64,000 nucleotides of DNA from Pseudomonadales bacterium (GTDB lineage Bacteria; Pseudomonadota; Gammaproteobacteria; Pseudomonadales; UBA7239). Shown one piece after another: positions 31,265-41,878 of this stretch. The position numbers were made by a program, and so were the translations under genes. Position 1 is the first letter of the stretch. The number at the start of each line of letters is the position of its first letter. The notes beneath the pieces were generated by a model. It saw nothing but the letters and a program-made list of their open reading frames with translations, was not told the DNA's origin and made no database searches. The DNA is taken from positions 263,653 through 327,652 of the forward strand of contig JAWKZZ010000005.1 of NCBI GenBank assembly GCA_041395785.1. The letters run 5' to 3'.

Positions 31265-31283
31265 GCGCTGTGGTTGGGAATGC

Positions 31284-31943
31284 TTAATGCAAAGCAGATG
31301 AATAGCGGTACGCGCTAAAACCTTCAATGGTGTTACCGTTGATAATGGCAAACGGAATGGCTCTATCTCCGCCTAGTTTTTTCATGCGCAGTGCGGCGTT
31401 GCCATCGTTTTGAATGTCATATTCTTGAAAGGGGATATTTTTTTCACGCAGCCACTGCTTGGCTTTTTTGCAAGCGCCACACCAAGGGGCGGTGTAGATT
31501 TCAACTTTGTTAGTGGTTGTTGCAGTGGTAGTGGCATTGCTTGTGTTGATAGTGTCGTTTGAGATTACGGGCGTTGTGTTGCGCCATGCAGCGACTTGAG
31601 CCATGGCATTTTCTAATGTGCTGCTGATGATTTGTTTTAGTTGTTCTAGAACTTTTGTGGCGGTTTCAGCGTACCCCTGTAAATTGTCCGGTGCTGGTTT
31701 TCCTGTGTCGTCAAATAATTTAGCGAGTTGAACGGTGTTTCGCTGTGGGTTAACCACTTTTCCATCACTCAAAATTTGAACAGGTGATAGCTCTGCCGCC
31801 GTATCGGCAGCAGAATTTTTTCCGGTTTGTTCAGGTGGTTTGTCGCCGTAGTGCACCACGCCTTGTTTGTCCGTCCACTTAAAAACATCGGCGCCTGCGT
31901 GCAGGCTGGTGCAGAGCAGGAGTATGGCGAGCAAAGCTTTCAT
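31284..31943 (-). CDS. secreted DUF4124 + glutaredoxin-like fusion protein
   Basis: Signal peptide, DVFKWTDKQGVVHYGDKPP (DUF4124 pattern), a low-complexity linker, and a C-terminal VEIYTAPWCGACKKAKQWL...IPFAIINGNTIEGF thioredoxin-fold CxxC domain. Confidence 0.7.
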   Translation of the reverse strand: MKALLAILLLCTSLHAGADVFKWTDKQGVVHYGDKPPEQTGKNSAADTAAELSPVQILSDGKVVNPQRNTVQLAKLFDDTGKPAPDNLQGYAETATKVLEQLKQIISSTLENAMAQVAAWRNTTPVISNDTINTSNATTTATTTNKVEIYTAPWCGACKKAKQWLREKNIPFQEYDIQNDGNAALRMKKLGGDRAIPFAIINGNTIEGFSAYRYSSALH

Positions 31944-31954
31944 CGGTGTCCCTC

Positions 31955-32720
31955 TCAGGCGTGTTGTGCGTCAAAACTGCATCCAGTGACGCCCTCGCTA
32001 TCGGAGCCCATCAGGTAAAGATACAGCGGCATCAGTGTATCGGCTGTGGGGCGTGTGTTGGGGTTTTCGCCAGGGTAGGCCGCCGCGCGCATGCGTGTGC
32101 GGGTGCCGCCGGGGTTGATGGCGTTGGCACGCACAGCGGTCACTTCTTCCAGTTCATCAGCGAGTGTTTCCATCATGCCTTCCACCGCAAACTTACTAAC
32201 GGCATACGCGCCCCAAAATGCGCGCCCGCGACGGCCGACTGACGAAGTGGTGAAGATGATGCTGGCATCAGGCGCTTGCGTTAGCAGCGGCAGCAAGGTT
32301 TTGGTGAGCAAGAACGCCGCGTGGACATTGACTTGCATGATTTGCTGCCAACGGTCGGGGCTGTAATCGGCGATGGGGGTAACGGTGCCGAGCAGGGCGG
32401 CATTGTGCAGTATGCCGTCGAGTCGCCCCAGCTCTTCGGCGATGGTGTCGGCGATGGCTTTTGCGCTGTCGGGCGTGAGGTATTGCAGGTCCAGCGGCAG
32501 GATCATCGGTTCAGGGTGACCGGCGGCAAGGATCTCGTCGTAGACCCATTCCAGCTTTTCCTGTGTTTTGCCGAGCAAAATCACCGTGGCGCCGTGAGCG
32601 GCAAAACTGTGGGCGGCGGCGCGGCCGATGCCATCGCCAGCGCCAGTGACAAGAATGACGCGCTCTGCCAGTAAGTCAGGGCGTGGCGCGTAACCGAGGT
32701 AGCGTGTGGATGGTTTTCAT
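31955..32720 (-). CDS. YciK-like SDR oxidoreductase (frame problem within the first ~10 codons as sequenced)
   Basis: The main frame reads ...PDLLAERVILVTGAGDGIGRAAAHSFAAHGATVILLGKTQEKL... The only ATG (32720, MKTIHT, ATGA overlap with the upstream stop) is one frame off. The span is 766 nt. Confidence 0.75.
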
Positions 32721-33378
32721 GCGGTCAGTGTAGTCGGTAGCGCTGGAATTTCCTCGGCAGAACGCAAACGAAAATCTGCGTTCCAGCAGTCAGTATTTTC
32801 ACTGGGGTCGATATAGCCCCACTCGCAGGCCACGGTGAGCATGCCGGCAGCGCGCCCCGCTTCGATGTCGCGTGCGTGATCGCCAAAGTAAATGGCCTCC
32901 GATGGCTCGCAACCACACTGCTGGCAGGCGAGCAGCATGGGCTCGGGGTCTGGCTTGCTGCAGGTTACACCGGTCGGAGCAGACCACGGTGCTGGGTGCG
33001 GTTGGCATCGGTTGCTCTGATAAGGGCAGGGTAAACCAGCTGGGTTTGTTGGTGATGATGCCCCAGTGCATGCCTTGCTCTGCTGCCCAACACAGGCTGC
33101 TGCGTATACCTGAAACAAGACGCTGTTGTTGCCGAGCACCTCTTGATAGAGGGCGAGCAATCGAGCGTTGAGTGCGTCAATGGCCGGGTCGCCATCGACA
33201 AGCTCACCGACCAGTCTCGTCATGGCGCGCGCACCGTTGGAGACTTGTGCGCGTATGGCGGTCTCTTCCAGCAAGGGCTTGCCGAGCTGTTGGCGCAGTT
33301 GATTGGCGCAAAAAATGAAGTCGAAGCCGTATCGAGCAGGGTGCCGTCCAAATCAAATAAAATTGCTTTTAGTTTCAT
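32717..33378 (-). pseudogene. HAD-family phosphatase (Gph/MupP-like), at least three frameshifts as sequenced
   Basis: MKLKAILFDLDGTLLDT (HAD motif I) starts at 33378. It continues as DFIFCANQLRQQLGKPLLEETAIRAQVSNGARAM..., MHWGIITNKP (motif II region) and ...SKPDPEPMLLACQQCGCEPSEAIYFGDHARDIEAGRAAGM (motifs III/IV) in alternating frames. Confidence 0.75.
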
Positions 33379-33382
33379 TGAG

Positions 33383-34090
33383 TTAGCTCGGTTTCTCCGC
33401 GTGCACTATGTAGTTGACGCTGATGTCGTCGCTAGCCATGGCGTACTTTTTAATCAAAGGGTTATAAGTCATTCCGGTAGTGTTTTCGAGTATCAGGCCG
33501 GCGCTGCGTATCCAGCTGGCGAGCTCGGCAGGGCGGATGAATTTGCTGTATTCGTGCGTACCTTTCGGGAGCAGCTTGAGCAGGTATTCCGCGCCCACAA
33601 TGGCAAACGCATAGGCCTTGGGGTTGCGGTTGATGGTAGAGAAAAATAGCTGCGCGCCGGGTTTGGCGAGGTCGGCGCAGGCTTGGATGATAGAGGCGGG
33701 GCTGGGTACATGCTCCAGCATTTCCAAACAGGTCACGATGTCGTAGTGCGCGGGTTGTTCGAGCGCCAGCTGCTCCACGGGTTTTTGTTGGTAGTCGATG
33801 CTGACGCCGCTTTCCAGTGCGTGTAAACGCGCCACCGACAGAGGTGCTTGCCCCATGTCGATGCCGGTGACTTGCGCGCCGCGCTGCGCCATCGCCTCTG
33901 ACAAAATGCCGCCGCCGCAGCCGACATCCAGCACCACTTTGCCTGCCAGTGGTGCGCGTTCGTCGATGTAGTTGCAGCGCAGTGGATTGATGTCGTGCAG
34001 TGGTTTGAATTCGCTGGTCGGGTCCCACCAACGGTCGGCCAAAGCTTCAAATTTTGCGATTTCAGAGGGATCAAAGTTGGCGGCTGCCAT
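33383..34090 (-). CDS. ubiG: bifunctional 3-demethylubiquinone / 2-polyprenyl-6-hydroxyphenol methyltransferase
   Basis: [19 protein letters not shown]...[10 protein letters not shown]...[13 protein letters not shown]. The internal ATG 34090 is preferred over the track start. Confidence 0.9.
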   Translation of the reverse strand: MAAANFDPSEIAKFEALADRWWDPTSEFKPLHDINPLRCNYIDERAPLAGKVVLDVGCGGGILSEAMAQRGAQVTGIDMGQAPLSVARLHALESGVSIDYQQKPVEQLALEQPAHYDIVTCLEMLEHVPSPASIIQACADLAKPGAQLFFSTINRNPKAYAFAIVGAEYLLKLLPKGTHEYSKFIRPAELASWIRSAGLILENTTGMTYNPLIKKYAMASDDISVNYIVHAEKPS

Positions 34091-34173
34091 GCGGTGTTTT
34101 CCGGTAGCGCAGAAGGAGGCGCTCATTATAGCGGCGCACCGTTGTTGCGCACTTCTAGCTGGAGGGAGTGAGA

Positions 34174-35085
34174 TTACAGTGTGCGCTGCTGTAAATCGGG
34201 TGGCGTGGTTGCCCGCGCCCACATCTGTTTGAAATCTTCCAGCAGTGGTTTTACGCGCGCGCGATAGTCGTGATAGCCAATGCCCTGCATCGTTTGCGAG
34301 TCTTGCCTGAACAACAAGCCGTTGTCGTCAGCGATCAGATAATTGGGAAATTTTTCTGCAATCGTTGTGGGTAATTTGCGAATCTGAATTTTTTCCGAGG
34401 CGCGATGGCTGAGGCGCAGCAAACGATGCCCGCGTTCTAGGATAGCTTTTGTGTCGCGCACGAGAATGCGCACGCTGGTGTTGCGCTGTCTCTGCACCAA
34501 GCTCATTACCGCATCGGCAAAAGCATCGTTGTCGTACAGCCAATCTTCGAGATCTTCACTAAAGATGAGTAAGCCAAAACGCGCGGCTTGCACGAGTTCA
34601 ACAGACAGCGCGCGAAATTCGTCGATGGATTCCAAACGCACCAAATCAGAACCGCTAGTAATAAAACTGCGATCGGGCGGCAAAAAAAGCACCGTGACAT
34701 TTGGATTGGCGCTGAGCTCTGTCGAAAAACCCAAGGCAACAAAAATAGCGCTCCAAGGGTGCGCAGTGGGCGCAGAGAGTCGCGCTAGGCCGCGCTGTGG
34801 TGTGTCGCGCACCGCGTGGCGCATCAAGGCTTCAGCGATATCGTTGGCGTGTTCAGTTTGTGTGACGGCATGGCTGATGTGGCCATCGCTGTCGATGCTT
34901 AAATAGCCGACAACAGCTTCTTGGTTTTTGGCGAGGTAGTGCTCAGAACTGGCATCAAACACTTGTTCGGTATCTGCAGCGGGAATAAACCGTGCGCGGC
35001 AGGACAAAATCATTTCCTGCTCATCGGGCCAAGCCGCTCGAACGACGCTGACGGGGTAGTACGCTACGGTGTCATGGTCGCTCAT
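34174..35085 (-). CDS. hypothetical two-domain protein (N-terminal GNAT-like region, conserved C-terminal domain of unknown function)
   Basis: Intact 303-codon ORF between fabB and ubiG. The family call is weak. Confidence 0.45.
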   Translation of the reverse strand: MSDHDTVAYYPVSVVRAAWPDEQEMILSCRARFIPAADTEQVFDASSEHYLAKNQEAVVGYLSIDSDGHISHAVTQTEHANDIAEALMRHAVRDTPQRGLARLSAPTAHPWSAIFVALGFSTELSANPNVTVLFLPPDRSFITSGSDLVRLESIDEFRALSVELVQAARFGLLIFSEDLEDWLYDNDAFADAVMSLVQRQRNTSVRILVRDTKAILERGHRLLRLSHRASEKIQIRKLPTTIAEKFPNYLIADDNGLLFRQDSQTMQGIGYHDYRARVKPLLEDFKQMWARATTPPDLQQRTL

Positions 35086-35099
35086 GGTTGTGCCTGCGG

Positions 35100-36311
35100 T
35101 CAGAGTTTCTGGAACACCAGTGTGGCGTTAGTGCCGCCAAAACCAAAACTGTTAGACATCACGCGCTGCAAATCCACATTGTCGATACGCTGACGCACCA
35201 CCGGCATATTTTCTGCTTCGGGATCAATCGTGTCGATGTTGGCGGAGGCGGCAATAAAATTATTTTGCTGCATCAACAGCGAGTAAATCGCTTCTTGTAC
35301 ACCGGCTGCGCCGAGCGAGTGACCGGACAGTGATTTGGTGGAACTGATGCGCGGAATTGCATCGCCAAAAGCCGCTTTTACGGCTTTTAATTCGGCGAGA
35401 TCACCCACGGGGGTGCTGGTGCCATGCGCGTTGATGTAGTCGATCTTGCCATTCACGGTGGCGAGCGCTTGTTGCATGCAGCGCGTTGCGCCTTCGCCCG
35501 ATGGTGCCACCATGTCGTAGCCGTCGCTGGTCGCACCGTAACCGACCAGCTCTGCATAAATTTTTGCACCGCGTGCTTTGGCGTGTTCGTATTCTTCCAG
35601 CACCAAACAGCCACCGCCGCCGGCGATGACAAAACCGTCGCGATTGGCATCGTAAGCGCGCGAGGCTTTTTGTGGCGTGTCGTTGTATTGCGTGGACAGT
35701 GCGCCCATTGCATCAAACAGACAGGACAGCGACCAATGTTCTTCTTCGCCGCCGCCGGCAAAAATGATGTCCTGCTTGCCGAGTTGAATGAGTTCCATTG
35801 CATTGCCGATACAGTGCGCGCTGGTCGCACAGGCGGAGGAGATGGAGTAGTTCACGCCTTTAATTTGAAACGGTGTGGCGAGACAGGCTGACACTGTCGA
35901 GCCCATGGTTTGAGTGACACGATAAGGGCCGACACGCTTGATGCCTTTTTCACGCATGATGTCAGCGGCTTCGACTTGGTTAGAAGAAGAAGCACCGCCG
36001 GAACCCATGATCAAGCCGCTGCGCGGGTTGGACACTTGTTCGGGTGTTAAACCGGCGTCGGCAATGGCTTGTTGCATGGACAGATAAGCAAATGCAGCAG
36101 CATCGCCCATGAAGCGCAAAATCTTGCGGTCGATCAGTTCGCTCAAGTTGAGGGTGATAGAGCCGGAGACATGGCTGCGGAAGCCCATATCGCGGTAGGT
36201 GTCGTTAAAGCGGATGCCAGACAAACCTTCGCGCAGGGAGTGGGTGACATCGGCGGCATTGCTGCCTAGGCAGGAAGTGATGCCCATGCCGGTGACGACA
36301 ACTCGTCTCAT
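35100..36311 (-). CDS. fabB: 3-oxoacyl-ACP synthase I
   Basis: [10 protein letters not shown]..., active-site [35 protein letters not shown]. Confidence 0.9.
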   Translation of the reverse strand: MRRVVVTGMGITSCLGSNAADVTHSLREGLSGIRFNDTYRDMGFRSHVSGSITLNLSELIDRKILRFMGDAAAFAYLSMQQAIADAGLTPEQVSNPRSGLIMGSGGASSSNQVEAADIMREKGIKRVGPYRVTQTMGSTVSACLATPFQIKGVNYSISSACATSAHCIGNAMELIQLGKQDIIFAGGGEEEHWSLSCLFDAMGALSTQYNDTPQKASRAYDANRDGFVIAGGGGCLVLEEYEHAKARGAKIYAELVGYGATSDGYDMVAPSGEGATRCMQQALATVNGKIDYINAHGTSTPVGDLAELKAVKAAFGDAIPRISSTKSLSGHSLGAAGVQEAIYSLLMQQNNFIAASANIDTIDPEAENMPVVRQRIDNVDLQRVMSNSFGFGGTNATLVFQKL

Positions 36312-36395
36312 GCGTTAAACCTCGTTATTCAATAGATGCCTACCATTATGGCACAGCAAAATAGTCCTGCTCGCGCCGAGCGATGCCCAGCGGAA

Positions 36396-36911
36396 TCAGA
36401 AGTTATCAGTGGTGGTGAATAAGCCCACTTTGAGATCTTTGGTGTGATAGATCTCTTTGCCGTCGACGGACATCACGCCATCGGCAATGCCCATGATCAA
36501 TTTGCGTTCGATCACGCGGCTGAGATGGATGTGGTAGGTGACTTTTTTTGCCGTAGGCAACACTTGGCCAGTGAATTTCACCTCGCCAGAACCCAGTGCG
36601 CGCCCGCGCCCAGGATTGCCTTTCCAGCCCAAATAAAAACCCACCAGCTGCCACATGGCGTCTAAACCCAAGCAGCCAGGCATGACAGGGTCAGAAATAA
36701 AGTGGCAGTCGAAAAACCATAGGTCGGGACGAATATCCAATTCGGCAATGATTTCGCCTTTGCCGTAATTGCCGCCCGTTTCAGAAATATGAACGATGCG
36801 ATCCATCATCAGCATATTGCCGACGGGGAGTCGCGCGTTGCCAGGGCCAAATAATTCGCCATTTCCGCAGGCTAGCAGTTCGTCGCGAGTGAATGAGCTT
36901 TTTCTGGTCAT
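36396..36911 (-). CDS. fabA: 3-hydroxydecanoyl-ACP dehydratase/isomerase
   Basis: [24 protein letters not shown]...[24 protein letters not shown], the FabA signature. Confidence 0.9.
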   Translation of the reverse strand: MTRKSSFTRDELLACGNGELFGPGNARLPVGNMLMMDRIVHISETGGNYGKGEIIAELDIRPDLWFFDCHFISDPVMPGCLGLDAMWQLVGFYLGWKGNPGRGRALGSGEVKFTGQVLPTAKKVTYHIHLSRVIERKLIMGIADGVMSVDGKEIYHTKDLKVGLFTTTDNF

Positions 36912-37125
36912 GCTGAAGTTCCCGATCCCTGTCGGCAAAAGTCCGTCAGTTTAACGGCAGATATAGCGTTGTCCAGCAAAACACAGTGGAAAAATGCTTT
37001 GTGTGGCAGGAACTTGCGCGAATTTCTTGCTGTTTTGCTTGATTGCATCGATACGCGCCATAATCCTGTATGCTTATGCCCATAAATATCCCCACTCGTT
37101 TCATATCATTTCCGCCCATCTTCTT

Positions 37126-37981
37126 TTGCAGGACATCTCGTTAACAAATGTTTGTTCCCTGTTTGCCGGTTATAGCTGCGCTTTTTGCCCGCTACAAAAT
37201 CGATGCCGAAAGAAATGCTGCCGGTGAGTGAACAAGCCCTTGGTGCAATACGGCGTTGAAGAAGCATTGGATGCAGGATTGGATGATATTTGTTTTGTTA
37301 CTGGCCGCAGCAAGCGCGCCATTGAAGATCATTTTGATCTTAATTTTGAATTGGAACATCAAATTGCGGGTACCGGCAAAGAAAAATATTTGGAAAGCAT
37401 TCGGCGCGTGATGGATAACGCCTCATTTTCTTTCACGCGTCAGCGCGAAATGAAAGGTTTGGGTCACGCGATTCTCACCGGTCGCCGCTTGGTGGGTGAT
37501 CAAGCGTTTGGTGTAATTTTGTCGGACGATTTGTGCATGCCGCCAGAAGCCGGTGTGGGTGTCATGGCGCAGATGGTCAAGCTGTACAAACAATTCCGTT
37601 GCAGTATCGTGGCGATTCAAGAAGTGGATGGCGCGGACATTGAAATTTGGTGTGGTGGAAGGCGAAAAATTAAAGAAGGAATTTTCCCGCGTTTCCAACA
37701 TGGTGGAAAAACCTAAATTAGCCGATGCGCCTAGCAATATGGCGGTGATCGGACGCTATATTCTGACGCCAGATATTTTTGATATTTTGGAAAAAACGCC
37801 ACCGGGTAAAGGCGGTGAAATTCAGTTGACCGATGCCCTGATGCAGCAGGCACAAGAAGGCGCTGTGCTGGCGTATCGTTTCAAAGGTACGCGTTACGAT
37901 TGCGGCAGCGTGGAAGGTTTTATCGAAGCCACGAACGCTATGTTTACGAAAACATTTATCGTCAATCAAAATAAGGATTGA
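37126..37981 (+). pseudogene. galU: UTP-glucose-1-phosphate uridylyltransferase, several frameshifts as sequenced
   Basis: KCLFPV / AGYSCAF / (L)PATKSMPKEMLPV / VNKPLVQYGVEEALDAGL...FRCSIVAIQEV / FGVVEGEKL...VEKPKLADAPSNMAVIGRYILTPDIF...GEIQLTDAL are all GalU-typical but lie in different frames. One break is a T5 run where T6 would restore the frame. The start is uncertain. Confidence 0.8.
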
Positions 37982-37990
37982 GAAGTTTCC

Positions 37991-39340
37991 ATGAGTGCGA
38001 TTCAAATCAATTGTTTCAAAGCCTACGATGTGCGCGGTCGTGTACCCGATCAGCTCAATGAAGATATCGCCTACCGTATCGGTCGCGCCTTTGTGCAATT
38101 TCTCGGCGCGAAAAGTGTAGTGGTTGGTCACGATATTCGTCTGTCCAGCCCAGCGTTGTCAGCGGCGTTAGTGCGTGGTTTGCGCGAGCAAGGCGCCGAT
38201 GTTATTGATATCGGTTTGTGCGGCACGGAAGAAGTGTATTTCGCCACTTTTCATTTGGGCGTTGATGGCGGCATTGCCGTGACAGCCAGCCACAACCCGA
38301 TGGATTACAACGGCATGAAATTTGTGCGCGAAGGCTCGCGTCCGATCAGTGGTGATACCGGTTTGAAAGAGATTCAAGCCTTGGCCGAGAGCGGCAATTT
38401 TGCTGCACCGCCGCGCGCGGGCAATTATCAAGAGCAGTCCACCCGCGATGCCTATGTGCAGCATTTGTTGGCTTATGTTGATCGCCACACTGAAGCCGTT
38501 GAAGTTGGTGATCAATACCGGCAACGGTGGTGCCCGGGTTTGGTCGGATGCACTGGAAAAGCATTTGCCGTTCCAATTAATTAAAGTGCACCAGCCGGAC
38601 GGTTCGTTCCCTAACGGTGCTAATCCATTGTTGGAAGAAAATCGCAAGCTCCACCATTGATGCCCTATGGAGGACATCGGATCGCAAGAAGTGCCGGGAC
38701 GGTGATTTTACCCGATCGCTATTTCTTTGGTGACGTGGTGCTATCAGAGCTATATATGGTTAACGCTGGCATGGAAGCATTTTATAATAAAATTGCTGTC
38801 ATTGTTACATTCCGTTGACGCAGGACTGCACTGGCGGTTGTGAACAATTCGGTGCTGATCTTTCATACAGGACAAAATGATCCGCTTTATCAAAAAGCGC
38901 GCGTGGCACCAGAAAGGACGCCGTATATTGGTGAAATGAGCGCTTCCACACCATTATTTTCCCGTGATTTTAACCTTGCGAATTCCGGCATGATTCAGCG
39001 GGCTGCTGGTGGCTGGTTGGTGTGCAGCAGCGGCAAGTCGTTGTCACCGGCGCCTGGTGGAGGAGCGCATGCGCGCTTATCCGTCAGTGGTGAAATCGTC
39101 GTGAAATCGCTGACCCGAAAGCGGCAATTGCGCGCGCGCGATATGTCGGCGAGGCGTTGTAGAGACAATACCGACGAGTCTGAGTTTTGGAATTTGCCGA
39201 TTGGCACTTCAATCTGCGGATGTCGAATACCGAGCGAAGTCGTGCGTTTGAATGTGGAAGCGTGGCAATCAAGCGCTGATGGTTTCGCGCCGTGACAAAT
39301 TAATTGGCTCTGTTGAGACGACTGACAGATTTGGTGAATA
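37991..39340 (+). pseudogene. phosphomannomutase/phosphoglucomutase (CpsG/ManB type), densely frameshifted from about 38490 onward
   Basis: The first 165 codons are intact ([12 protein letters not shown]...[22 protein letters not shown]). Later segments ([93 protein letters not shown]) are recoverable only by repeated frame hopping. The total span of 1350 nt equals a full-length gene. Confidence 0.8.
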
Positions 39341-39474
39341 ATTTTTGTCAGTCAGCGCTGCTTTTCTTGCTTTTGCGGCGCTGACGCTGTCTTGCTGATT
39401 TCTATTGGGTATTACAGTTGGCACGAATCTCACGCTTGTTGATAAAAGCAAGGCAAAAGTGAGGAGTAGTGGTT

Positions 39475-39693
39475 ATGAAAGGCAGCAAGAGGTATTAACA
39501 TCTTCGTGCGAAATACAGGCGAGACGAGTTGGAGCGCAGCATCAACCGATTGACGGGTCTGACCTTTGAAACCGTACCGGTGTCGCTGCTGAGTGTACAA
39601 GAGGAAAACAACGGCCTCGCTGAGTCACTGCTCTGCGATGCGCTCAACCTCTGGAAAGAAGACGCCGCGCAGGAAATGGGTGGTCGCGCTTAA
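39475..39693 (+). other. 72-codon reading frame with a strong RBS, interrupted by an in-frame TAA at codon 8
   Basis: GAGGAG-N8-ATG at 39475 gives MKGSKRY-TAA(39496..39498)-HLRAKYRRDELERSINRLTGLTFETVPVSLLSVQEENNGLAESLLCDALNLWKEDAAQEMGGRA-TAA, all in one frame. Confidence 0.35.
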
Positions 39694-39694
39694 A

Positions 39695-40114
39695 TTAGGC
39701 GACCGTCACTAGTTTAGGAACTTTCGCAGCGGCTTTGTCCGTGCTCTGTACAAACAATTCATCGACCACATAGGGAGGGCAGTGGTCCGGTACCTCTAAA
39801 TGCACGCTCATGTCGGTGATTCTGCCAACGGCGTGTATGGTCACAACGCCAGAGAGCAGGATGCTTCCTCCCAACTCGCCAGTCCCGCTATCGACCCGCA
39901 CTTCTTTGCTGATGTTGTCCTGATCAATAAATTTGAGCACCAAACTAATTTTGCTGTGGCGAGCTTGCAGGAGTCGCACCCAGCAAGCGGTGTTAAAGCT
40001 GCACTCCCACTGCGTGCGCGCAGACAACTGTGGATGAGGGATATAAGAATCAGGCACCTTGGCGATGAATTTATCTTTCATAACAGCATGCTCCGGCGTG
40101 GGTTTTGTAGTCAT
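39695..40114 (-). CDS. hypothetical protein (139 aa), no recognisable family
   Basis: Intact ORF, convergent with the interrupted small ORF. No motif recognised. Confidence 0.45.
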   Translation of the reverse strand: MTTKPTPEHAVMKDKFIAKVPDSYIPHPQLSARTQWECSFNTACWVRLLQARHSKISLVLKFIDQDNISKEVRVDSGTGELGGSILLSGVVTIHAVGRITDMSVHLEVPDHCPPYVVDELFVQSTDKAAAKVPKLVTVA

Positions 40115-40211
40115 AACTTATGTCTTTTATGAGATCACTTCAGCGTAGTGGTTTGTGTTTGTACTGTGAGCCAAGTCACCAAATGAGCAAATAGTGCTCA
40201 TTTAGGTGCAA

Positions 40212-41837
40212 TTAGCGCTGTTGGTAGCGAGCAATGCTGGCTTGGGTTGACGCATCCAAGCTGCGGCCGTCACCGCCAGACAGCGCCGCAAAAATAGGGC
40301 CGGACAATTGTTTGCCAAGCTCTACGCCCCATTGATCAAAGGAATTGATATCCCACAACACACCCTGCACATACACCTTGTGTTCGTACAGCGCGATCAA
40401 TGCGCCCAGCGTTGCCGGCGTCAATTGTTCGATGGTGAGCAAATTGCTAGGGCGATTGCCAGTGATGACTTTGTGCGGCGCCAACTGCGCAATTGCATCA
40501 GCCGATAAACCTTGCTGTTGTAATTCGGCTTCGACAACAGCCAGTGATTTTCCGCACATCAGCGCTTGGCTTTGCGCCAAACCGTTGGCGAGTAAGTGGC
40601 GGTGTTGTTCATCGCATTCTGGGTGATGTGATTGCAGCGACAAAATAAAGTCGGCGGGAATGAAATGCGTGCCTTGATGTAATAACTGATGAAAGGAGTG
40701 CTGTCCGTTGGTGCCGACCGATCCCCAAATGACAGGCCCTGTTTCGTAAGGCACATCGGCACCGGCGTGATTGACATGTTTGCCGTTGCTTTCCATGTCG
40801 AGCTGTTGCAAATAGTCAGGAAAAAAACGCAAGTAGTGATCGTAAGGCAATACCACATGCGTGCTGGCTTGCCAAAAGTGGCGATACCAAAAACCGAGCA
40901 AGCCGAGCATTACTGGCATGTTGTGCGCGAGATGTGCTTGCTGAAAATGTTCATCCATCGCGTGCGCGCCATTCAACAGCGCACGAAAGTGTTGCATGCC
41001 GACGGCCAAGGCAATCGGCAAACCAATGGCTGACCACAGCGAGTAGCGGCCGCCTACCCAGTCCCACATCGGCAAAATATTGTGTGCGTTGATACCAAAG
41101 TCAGCCGCTTTTTTTACAGCGCTGGAAACAGCAACAAAATGGCGAGCGGTTGCTTCGCTGTTGGGTGCAGCAGCGAGTAACCAACGGCGCGCCGCTTCCG
41201 CGTTTTGCAGTGTTTCCAGTGTAGTAAATGATTTGGATGCGACGATAAACAATGTGCGCGATGGCGCCATGTGTTGCAGCAAATCTTGCAAACAGGAGGG
41301 ATCGACATTGGAAACAAAATGTACGCGCACATGCCCTGTATGAAACGGTTTTAGTGCGTGCGTTGCCATTTGCGGGCCGAGGTCAGAACCGCCGATGCCG
41401 ATATTGACGATATCGGTGATGGTTTCATCGCTAAAACCGCGCCATTTGCCGCTGTGAATATCGCCAACCAGTGTTTCCATTTGCGCAAAAGCTTGTTGAA
41501 TAGCTTCTGCTTCAATGGCTGGTTTGGGTGAGCGCAGAGCGGTGTGCATAGCCGAGCGTTGCTCGGTGTTGTTCACTGTGCCACCGGTTAATAATTGCGT
41601 GATGGCGTGTGGCAGGTTGGCTTGTTTTGCCAGCTGCATCAACGAGTGAAGTAACGCGCCGTCGATAAAGTTTTTCGAATAATCCAAACGCAAACCGGCC
41701 GCTTCAATTGTATGTTGTGTAACGCGATCTGGATTGGTTTCAAACAGTTGCGATAATGATTGCGTTTGAAAGCGTTGACGGTGCGCCTGTAAATCAGGCC
41801 AGCAGGGAAAGCGTTGTGCGAAAGTGGGTGCGCTCAC
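40212..41837 (-). CDS. pgi: glucose-6-phosphate isomerase
   Basis: The product is 541 aa, with VNIGIGGSDLGPQM and the family motif region GSVGTNGQHSFHQLLHQG. Confidence 0.95.
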   Translation of the reverse strand: MSAPTFAQRFPCWPDLQAHRQRFQTQSLSQLFETNPDRVTQHTIEAAGLRLDYSKNFIDGALLHSLMQLAKQANLPHAITQLLTGGTVNNTEQRSAMHTALRSPKPAIEAEAIQQAFAQMETLVGDIHSGKWRGFSDETITDIVNIGIGGSDLGPQMATHALKPFHTGHVRVHFVSNVDPSCLQDLLQHMAPSRTLFIVASKSFTTLETLQNAEAARRWLLAAAPNSEATARHFVAVSSAVKKAADFGINAHNILPMWDWVGGRYSLWSAIGLPIALAVGMQHFRALLNGAHAMDEHFQQAHLAHNMPVMLGLLGFWYRHFWQASTHVVLPYDHYLRFFPDYLQQLDMESNGKHVNHAGADVPYETGPVIWGSVGTNGQHSFHQLLHQGTHFIPADFILSLQSHHPECDEQHRHLLANGLAQSQALMCGKSLAVVEAELQQQGLSADAIAQLAPHKVITGNRPSNLLTIEQLTPATLGALIALYEHKVYVQGVLWDINSFDQWGVELGKQLSGPIFAALSGGDGRSLDASTQASIARYQQR

Positions 41838-41878
41838 AGAGAGCTCCTTGATGCCTCGTTTACACCGCGTATGTTAAA

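Noticed and set aside
33462-34031. 189-aa Arg-rich minus-strand ORF, plus 33733..34074.
   Set aside because: They are alternative frames inside ubiG, whose own frame carries the SAM-methyltransferase motifs.
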